Below are positions 58,023 through 64,000 of a stretch of 64,000 bases of DNA, one piece after another. The position numbers were made by a program, and so were the translations under genes. The DNA is from a virus: IMG/VR virus record IMGVR_UViG_3300024258_000005; one strand, written 5' to 3'. Numbering within the stretch: position 1 is the stretch's first letter; each line of letters begins with the position of its first letter. The notes below the pieces were generated by a model that was not told the origin of the DNA, did no database searches, and was given only the letters and a program-made list of their open reading frames with translations.

Positions 58023-58918
58023 GATAATTCCTTATTAAGTGCTTCATTTAGTATTTTATCTACTATTTTATAATCTTTGTATTTTATTCGAAGTATTTGA
58101 ATATTATTATTATAACAATATTCATTCTTTAATGTATCATTTTTTTGAACTTTTAATAATCCAAGATTTCCTCCAAATTTTGAAGATTCTTTAAAATGCT
58201 GTTTACCATCATATTCAATACAAATATTATGTTCAGGCAAATAAAAATCAAATCTTAGGTTTCCTAAATCAATAAATTTTTTTTCTCGAATAAATTTATA
58301 ATTGTATTTTTTTAAATAATTATAAATTTTTAATTCACCTTTTGATAAATTACATGTTGGACAACCTACACCGTTTAAATGATCATTGGCACACTGCAAA
58401 TAATCACCATGAATTTTACATGTTATAAAACTTTTTTTATATGTTCCACTATAAAAAAAGTTTTCATATGTATATAAATTATTATGTTTTATTTTAGCTT
58501 TTTGTTCAAAATCTTTTAATGTATGCATTTGGGAACATTTAAAACAAGCTGAACCTGCAAGGTGAACAGAAGGTGTTTGATTAAATTCTCCATGAATAGG
58601 ACATATAATGATTCCTTTTTTATACGATTTAGTGTATAAAAATTTTGAATAATTATAGGTATTTTTATGTATAACATTTGATTTTATTATAAAATCTTCT
58701 AATTTTGCAACTTGTTGATTAATACACTGCTTACAACAACCAGTTCTTGAATATATATGTTTATACGGAGTGGTTGTAAATTCACCGTGAATTTTACAAA
58801 TTATAATAATATTTGATGTATTATTTTTATATTCAACTTTGGAATAATCATAATTTCCTAAATGAATTTTTTTTGATAAGGTTAAAAACTTTAAACATCT
58901 AACATTAAGTTTAGCCAT
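58013..58918 (-). CDS. Homing-endonuclease-like protein (DUF723-type Zn repeats plus DUF559/Vsr-like nuclease)
   Basis: Three IxCxIHGxF...HxxGxxCxxC repeats; LRFDFYLPEHNICIEYDGKQHF. Confidence 0.8.
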   Translation of the reverse strand: MAKLNVRCLKFLTLSKKIHLGNYDYSKVEYKNNTSNIIIICKIHGEFTTTPYKHIYSRTGCCKQCINQQVAKLEDFIIKSNVIHKNTYNYSKFLYTKSYKKGIIICPIHGEFNQTPSVHLAGSACFKCSQMHTLKDFEQKAKIKHNNLYTYENFFYSGTYKKSFITCKIHGDYLQCANDHLNGVGCPTCNLSKGELKIYNYLKKYNYKFIREKKFIDLGNLRFDFYLPEHNICIEYDGKQHFKESSKFGGNLGLLKVQKNDTLKNEYCYNNNIQILRIKYKDYKIVDKILNEALNKELSWL

Positions 58919-58919
58919 A

Positions 58920-59062
58920 TTATTTCCTTTGTTCTGCTCTTAACATTTTTTCAGAACTTGTCAAGTTTAAAGGGATTTTGGTTTACCAGTTTTCACTCGC
59001 TCCTCCACACCTAATCTATCTGCTTCTAGAAGAAGCTCAGTTTTATTTATTATTAATTTCAT
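58920..59062 (-). CDS. Micro-gene of the ILE-leader family with a probable 1-nt frameshift
   Basis: MKLIINKTELLLEA... stops at 58967 (31 aa); the -1 frame reads on to TAA at 58920, 1 nt before the next ATG. Confidence 0.55.
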
Positions 59063-59063
59063 A

Positions 59064-60200
59064 TTATGCCTTTATATTATTATTTTTACTATATGTTATT
59101 GTACCTGCATCATAAATTGTTCGACCATTCTCTATTATAAATTCAGGATCGTTGATACTTAAAATACTATAACCCAATTTTTTTAACCAATTACCATTAT
59201 CAATTAATAAATCAACTATAACTTCATTGTCAGTTGGTTCTAGGGGTTCATGTGTTAAATATAATAAAATTAAATGTTTTATATCATCAATGTTATTTTC
59301 ATCCATGTGAAATAATTGTATATTTTTATGTAAACATTCAATTGATTTTTCTTGTTTATGAAACATTTGATAATTTAAATCACTTTGCTTATTACTAACA
59401 TTTTTTGAAAGCTCACTACAATAACTATGCCAATAATTACCATTAAATTCAATAGCAATATTTAAATCAGGAATAAAAATATCAAGTTCAGATGATATAA
59501 TAGTTCTACTATTTTTTATAATATTAGAAATATCACAATCTTCTAACCAATCAATCAGTTCATATTCAACTAAACTTACACCCGTTCGTTTAACATATTT
59601 AATATCTAAGTCAACTAGTTTCCTATTGGCAGCTGTTTGTTGACAATTAAAGAACATTTTAAATTCTGATAATTTAAAATGTTCTTTCTCATCTATAAAA
59701 TTTTTTATTATAAAATCTTTATCAAACCAATAATCATAATTGGTTAAATGCTGATTAAATACATGTTGATTATTGTACATCAAGTTAATCGTTTTATTAT
59801 ATGAATCTTTCATTTTTTTATTTAAATCAATATTTTGCAATGCGTGTTCAACACCATAATTTTTTAGTAGTGTCATTTTTCTTTTATTTTGTACATCTTT
59901 ATCCAAATTTGTACATCTTTGTGAACAGAAATCACTAAACCCTTTTTTAAGTGTTCTAAATTTTACCTGTTGTTCACACTCTATTCGTTTACATACCAAA
60001 TCATTTTCTTTTATATTATTTTTAATGATATAATTTCTAACACTTAAATGATTTGAACCATAATCTGTATAAAATAAGGTGTCAACAATCAATTGTTTAA
60101 TTGATTGTTGAATAATATCGTTATTTATATATGCTTCTTTTGTTAAAAGACCTGTTAATAAATTTCCACTTTTATTTTTTAAAATGTGAAATTTATCCAT
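59064..60200 (-). CDS. Homing-endonuclease-like protein (Zn ribbon plus PD-(D/E)xK)
   Basis: CKRIEC...FCSQRC, NYGVE, ELDIFIPDLNIAIEFNGNYWHS. Confidence 0.75.
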   Translation of the reverse strand: MDKFHILKNKSGNLLTGLLTKEAYINNDIIQQSIKQLIVDTLFYTDYGSNHLSVRNYIIKNNIKENDLVCKRIECEQQVKFRTLKKGFSDFCSQRCTNLDKDVQNKRKMTLLKNYGVEHALQNIDLNKKMKDSYNKTINLMYNNQHVFNQHLTNYDYWFDKDFIIKNFIDEKEHFKLSEFKMFFNCQQTAANRKLVDLDIKYVKRTGVSLVEYELIDWLEDCDISNIIKNSRTIISSELDIFIPDLNIAIEFNGNYWHSYCSELSKNVSNKQSDLNYQMFHKQEKSIECLHKNIQLFHMDENNIDDIKHLILLYLTHEPLEPTDNEVIVDLLIDNGNWLKKLGYSILSINDPEFIIENGRTIYDAGTITYSKNNNIKA

Positions 60201-60201
60201 A

Positions 60202-61761
60202 TTAAGCCTTTATAGTCATTTTTGAATATTTAAAATCGTGTAGATCTCTAAGATCATATTTAGCTGCAATTTCATCTTTATCTGAGTTAGACATATTTTC
60301 TAATTTAATAGCATTAACAGATTTTAATTGTTGTACAAATTTATCTTCTATCTCAACGAAACCATTACCAACTGTAAGTTTAGCATTCTTTATCTTTAAA
60401 GAACTAACACTAAAGTGTGTATAGAAACGTATTAGATTTGGTGCAACTTTCTGAATAGGTTTAGGAAACAGCTGATTGATAAGAATATAATTATTACCAC
60501 CAATCTTAATATATTTACCATTAACAGGAACAGGAATTCTAAAAGATATAGTATAAGGTTTATTTGTAGTCTGTCCGTAATCTTTATGTTGCACTTTTAC
60601 TTGATATTCTTTATATCTATTTTTATTATCATCAACAATTTTTGTTTTAATTCCAAGAACTTTAATATCAACATCTGGATCATTTTCAAGCGTACCATGA
60701 ATAAGATCTTCTACAAGCTCATCTATATTTTCAGTAAGCTCAGTACGTTGTTTATCATAGTTACCCACTTCATCCATACCAACAATCTTTTGTGAATTAA
60801 ATACTGTTTTATGTGGTATATTTAAAGTAACATTACCATTATATTTCTTATTAGCCTCAGAACTTAAATCACTAATTTTATCAGATACGTCTGTTGAAAA
60901 CAATTGATTTATTTTTTCATCAAATGTTCCTTGTAATGTTGTATGTTGTTTTAAAAGACTTTTAATCTCTTTTTGTTTTGATGAAGCATTTGTTTCACTC
61001 ATAGCTAAAGTTTCAATAGCTTTTTTAGTAGCATCTAATTCCTCTTCAGTATCAATAGCCTTAACAACACCTTTGGATAATTTAGTCTTTACTAATTTAA
61101 GTTGACCAATAATATTTCTTAGAAATTTTAATTTATCAGTTTCTTTCTCATCTGGTACAGCTAAAGGATAATACTTATTATTAATAAAATAAACTATACC
61201 ATCTAGGCCAGTTTTAATTTTACCAGCACTTAATTTATCCATATAAATTAATAAATTAAGAAAGTCACTTGAGTCATTATCTAATAAAGGATTACCTATA
61301 ATAAGAAGAATATTTTTTCTTTCTGGTTTATAATCTAACGTAGCGCTTCCAATAAGTTTATTAAACTCATTAAATACCATTTTATTACTTCTACTCTTCG
61401 CAGTACTTAGTAGATCATCAATAAGACCAGAAAGGTCAAATATATTAGTACGTTCATCATTAAGTTGTTTAGCTGGTACACGAGTATATACAAAATTTGG
61501 TAACTCAGCTTTTAGATTAATAAAGTATTTTTGTGATGAAAGTTTCTTACCGAGAAAATTACTAATGATTCCAGGCACAACAATTTGTTGATAATACCCT
61601 TTAATTTGAGTACTCATAAATTTAGATAGAGCTATATCAGATTCAGATTTAGATATAGATTCAGGTACAAAAAATACGTTATTTCCTACTTTATCTTCAT
61701 CCCAAAATCTTACATTTGGTAAAGCCTGTTTGTTTCGAATCAGCTTCGTAGTGTTAATCAT
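60202..61761 (-). CDS. RNA polymerase beta subunit N-terminal fragment with a long unique N-terminal extension
   Basis: C-terminal ISFRIPVPVNGKYIKIGGNNYILINQL matches beta domain 1 (iP...G.f.inG...v.vsQl). Confidence 0.7.
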   Translation of the reverse strand: MINTTKLIRNKQALPNVRFWDEDKVGNNVFFVPESISKSESDIALSKFMSTQIKGYYQQIVVPGIISNFLGKKLSSQKYFINLKAELPNFVYTRVPAKQLNDERTNIFDLSGLIDDLLSTAKSRSNKMVFNEFNKLIGSATLDYKPERKNILLIIGNPLLDNDSSDFLNLLIYMDKLSAGKIKTGLDGIVYFINNKYYPLAVPDEKETDKLKFLRNIIGQLKLVKTKLSKGVVKAIDTEEELDATKKAIETLAMSETNASSKQKEIKSLLKQHTTLQGTFDEKINQLFSTDVSDKISDLSSEANKKYNGNVTLNIPHKTVFNSQKIVGMDEVGNYDKQRTELTENIDELVEDLIHGTLENDPDVDIKVLGIKTKIVDDNKNRYKEYQVKVQHKDYGQTTNKPYTISFRIPVPVNGKYIKIGGNNYILINQLFPKPIQKVAPNLIRFYTHFSVSSLKIKNAKLTVGNGFVEIEDKFVQQLKSVNAIKLENMSNSDKDEIAAKYDLRDLHDFKYSKMTIKA

Positions 61762-61807
61762 TAGAGTTCCTTTTTAAATTTCTTAATTATTTTGTTGTTT
61801 CTATATT

Positions 61808-61816
61808 AATTTGTTA
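61808..61816 (-). promoter_or_regulatory. TAACAAATT variant of the candidate late promoter
   Basis: One mismatch, 47 nt upstream of ATG 61761. Confidence 0.4.
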
Positions 61817-61835
61817 TTGTAGTCTGAAATGAAGC

Positions 61836-61861
61836 ACAAGAAAAAGACCCTAAGGTCTTTT
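61836..61861 (-). terminator. Hairpin terminator with TCTTGT tail
   Basis: AAAAGACC-TTAG-GGTCTTTT-TCTTGT. Confidence 0.7.
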
Positions 61862-62111
61862 AATCTTTTCTTTTAATACCCATCTCAGCTAAGAGTTCTT
61901 CATTGTATTTAACAGCACTTAAAGCTTTACTTACAACTTGAGCATCTCTTTTCATATGATGAATTTTAAGTTCTTGTCTTGCAACCTCATTTGCCGACTC
62001 TATTTTTAGTATGAGAACATCTTCATATTTCATACCTATAAATTGTGTAGGATTAATTCCATATAAATCTGATGTGCTAACAATACTTTTTGTTCTTACA
62101 AAATTATCCAC
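61860..62111 (-). CDS. Hypothetical protein (83 aa)
   Basis: Operon-coupled ORF. Confidence 0.65.
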   Translation of the reverse strand: MDNFVRTKSIVSTSDLYGINPTQFIGMKYEDVLILKIESANEVARQELKIHHMKRDAQVVSKALSAVKYNEELLAEMGIKRKD

Positions 62112-62361
62112 AACGATCCTCGCTTTTATCTCTCACATAATCTTCAATAGCATCATTAACAATACTATCTACTTTACCATTAAAAGATTCTAGTAAAAAA
62201 TCTAAAAAACATTGAGTACTTTGATCAACATCACCTTTAAAAACCAATTGACCTTTATCAAATTCAAGTCTGCCTACTTCACCTTTAGCATCATTAAATA
62301 CTAAATTATATTGAGGTTCTATCTTAACTTGTTTTTCATCTGAATGATAATGCATTACCAA
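62104..62361 (-). CDS. Hypothetical protein (85 aa)
   Basis: Operon-coupled ORF. Confidence 0.65.
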   Translation of the reverse strand: MVMHYHSDEKQVKIEPQYNLVFNDAKGEVGRLEFDKGQLVFKGDVDQSTQCFLDFLLESFNGKVDSIVNDAIEDYVRDKSEDRCG

Positions 62362-62810
62362 TCCTTATATGGGAGTTTAATTAAGCTTGAGTTAAAATAT
62401 TTAGGATCAGTAAGCTCTTTTCCTAACCACGACGGTTTATCAAAATTTTGATCAGCGTTTTTAAATTCAACTTCTGCAACAACAAGACCTTCGTTATCAC
62501 CATGAAATACATCTACTTCAATTATTAAGTCATCCCATGAAACATTATAACGGGTCTTACTTATTGCACCAGGACATAACTTCAACATTTGTATAGCATC
62601 TACCTTTGGAATATTGTATTCAAACTCATCTCGAGTAATGCTAATATTAGCACCTTTAACTGTGATATATGCAACGTTATCTTTTATTCTGACTCTTACT
62701 ACGCTTTCGTCAGTAATGCTCAAATAACCTTGTTTAATCTTATTAGGTGACTTCGCAAATTTTAGAAATTCATCACTTAGAACTTCAAACTTTCTTTCAA
62801 TCTCTTTCAT
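62355..62810 (-). CDS. CYTH-domain protein (triphosphate tunnel metalloenzyme)
   Basis: EIERKF, KQGYL, VRVRI, RDEFEY, SKTRY, EVDVF, VAEVE. Confidence 0.9.
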   Translation of the reverse strand: MKEIERKFEVLSDEFLKFAKSPNKIKQGYLSITDESVVRVRIKDNVAYITVKGANISITRDEFEYNIPKVDAIQMLKLCPGAISKTRYNVSWDDLIIEVDVFHGDNEGLVVAEVEFKNADQNFDKPSWLGKELTDPKYFNSSLIKLPYKDW

Positions 62811-63489
62811 GTAAAGCCTTTATTTCATTAGACCAATTATCAAAAGGAACTTGTTTCTCTTCAATTAATTGGATTATAGTATCATCATCATTAGATACCT
62901 TGTAGCCAAAATAATCAGTTGGCCAATTCTCTTTAATTCTTTTAGTAAATAGGTATTTACTAATATCAAATATCTCAAGTTCAGTAAATAATTTTTTAAT
63001 AATAGCTTTAGAGTCTCGATGACTTTTACCATATATACTTTTAAAATGTTTTGAACTTTGTCTCTTTATTCCTTGACGAAATAAAAGAAGCTCTGAACTC
63101 CATAATAAATCAAATACATTAGGAAATGGTTTTTGTTGTCCTATACAATATTCTTCTAAAATATTATTATTATACACATAGACAGTTGTATTAATATTTT
63201 CAACTAAATCTAGAAAATCTCTACATAATTTTTTAAAATGTTTTACATCAATTGCTATAACAACTTCAGAACTATATGTTTGATAATCTGTATGTTGAGC
63301 TCGAAGCTTCTTAAGATTATCACCATTACTTTTAATTTCAAAACTAATGATACAAGAGTTATCCACAAGAAACAAATCGTTTCTTGTGGATAAGGTGACA
63401 TGAGTGTATTCATCACGAATAAAACTATCAGGATATTTTTCTAAATATAATTTACGAAGAGCTTCTCGTATATCTTTTTCATTTGTCAT
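62797..63489 (-). CDS. Sce7726-like PD-(D/E)xK protein
   Basis: RDEY...RNDL...SFEIKSNGDNLKKLRAQHTDY. Confidence 0.7.
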   Translation of the reverse strand: MTNEKDIREALRKLYLEKYPDSFIRDEYTHVTLSTRNDLFLVDNSCIISFEIKSNGDNLKKLRAQHTDYQTYSSEVVIAIDVKHFKKLCRDFLDLVENINTTVYVYNNNILEEYCIGQQKPFPNVFDLLWSSELLLFRQGIKRQSSKHFKSIYGKSHRDSKAIIKKLFTELEIFDISKYLFTKRIKENWPTDYFGYKVSNDDDTIIQLIEEKQVPFDNWSNEIKALHERD

Positions 63490-63499
63490 AATAAACCTT

Positions 63500-63688
63500 T
63501 TATTTTTTTATCTCTTTAGGTGATACACTTTTATAAAATCGTATTACTCTTATACAATCTTCGCAATTAATTTTCTCTGTTGTTGGAAAACCATTTACTT
63601 CTGTTTGTGCAATAGTACACATAGTAAAGTCATCTTGTAATTCAAATATGCCATGAACTACATTTTCAACTTTTAATTTCTCTACCAT
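63500..63688 (-). CDS. Small hypothetical protein with Cys motifs
   Basis: ATG at 63688 preferred; TMC...INCEDC. Confidence 0.65.
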   Translation of the reverse strand: MVEKLKVENVVHGIFELQDDFTMCTIAQTEVNGFPTTEKINCEDCIRVIRFYKSVSPKEIKK

Positions 63689-63690
63689 TT

Positions 63691-63849
63691 TTAACCCCAA
63701 TATCTAGGGGATTTATCAGCAGCTAACTTCAGCTCTTTGCGAATCTCATTATTTAATAAGTCTAATACATCAACTATACCAGCATTCTCTTTTAGATCCT
63801 GCACCAACTTTTTTATTCTTACTAACTCATCTACCGCTTCAACTTTCAT
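63691..63849 (-). CDS. Hypothetical protein (52 aa)
   Basis: Read by hand: MKVEAVDELVRIKKLVQ...RYWG, AGGA RBS. Confidence 0.6.
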   Translation of the reverse strand: MKVEAVDELVRIKKLVQDLKENAGIVDVLDLLNNEIRKELKLAADKSPRYWG

Positions 63850-63869
63850 TATAATTCCTAGGGATATTT

Positions 63870-63998
63870 CTATATTAACTTTAAAAGCTGATCTATATCT
63901 TCTCTACCATTACCAACAATATTTAAATCAGCATCTGGAAAATATTCATTAAATCTTTTTCTTAGTAAAGCATTATATAAATCACTTGTGTAATTATA
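63870..63998 (-). CDS. Partial CDS (3' end; enters from beyond the window end)
   Basis: Open frame YNYTSDLYNALLRKRFNEYFPDAD...KLI then TAG at 63870. Confidence 0.55.
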   Translation of the reverse strand, partial: YNYTSDLYNALLRKRFNEYFPDADLNIVGNGREDIDQLLKLI

Positions 63999-64000
63999 TG

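Noticed and set aside
58013-60201. Group I/II intron or intein interrupting rpoB
   Set aside because: The ORFs abut with 1-nt gaps or overlaps, each beta part has its own stop or RBS, and no intron core or intein motifs are visible.
5124-61841. TTGTCY/TTGTGC as a -35 box paired with TAACAAAT
   Set aside because: Spacing to the box varies from 11 to 27 nt, while spacing to the upstream hairpin is fixed at 0-3 nt, so it belongs to the terminator.
3470-63952. All plus-strand ORFs in the track (e.g. 3470-3664, 9962-10306, 44095-44550, 52126-52374, 63737-63952)
   Set aside because: They are short antisense shadows of well-supported minus-strand genes, with no RBS or motifs; several merely mirror coding repeats.
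1-64000. Stop-codon reassignment, tRNA/rRNA genes, major capsid and sheath genes
   Set aside because: Code-11 ORFs tile the window and TAG, TGA and TAA all end genes. No cloverleaf or rRNA-like GC-rich tract was seen, and no gp23- or gp18-like motifs were recognised. A tRNAscan and HMM run is needed to be certain.

Overview
A 64-kb segment of a large, AT-rich tailed-phage (jumbo myovirus-like) genome. Essentially every gene is on the minus strand. An overlapped i-/o-spanin pair implies a Gram-negative host. In transcription order (high to low coordinate) the window holds: (1) small accessory genes (Sce7726-like, CYTH); (2) a phage-encoded multisubunit RNA polymerase beta subunit split into two genes, with two homing-endonuclease-like genes and a micro-gene between them; (3) a T4-like morphogenesis region (gp15-like, scaffold-like, gp13 neck, gp53-like, TerL, tape-measure-like, gp48-like, gp20-like portal, fibres) containing about 17 paralogous genes that share a short N-terminal 'MK..L.K.LILE' leader; (4) a roughly 20-kb modification cluster with ten radical SAM genes, a Cys-rich fibre protein carrying an S74 chaperone, an amidinotransferase, a DegT aminotransferase, glycosyltransferase-like genes, an M14 deacylase, an NDP-sugar epimerase/decarboxylase and a UDP-sugar dehydrogenase. 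Intergenic DNA shows a recurrent TAACAAATA motif (candidate late promoter), hairpin terminators ending in TCTTGT, four palindrome-rich motif blocks and a 31-bp inverted repeat that covers a ribosome-binding site. No tRNA, rRNA, CRISPR array or major capsid gene was recognised. All family assignments come from motifs read by eye, not from database searches.
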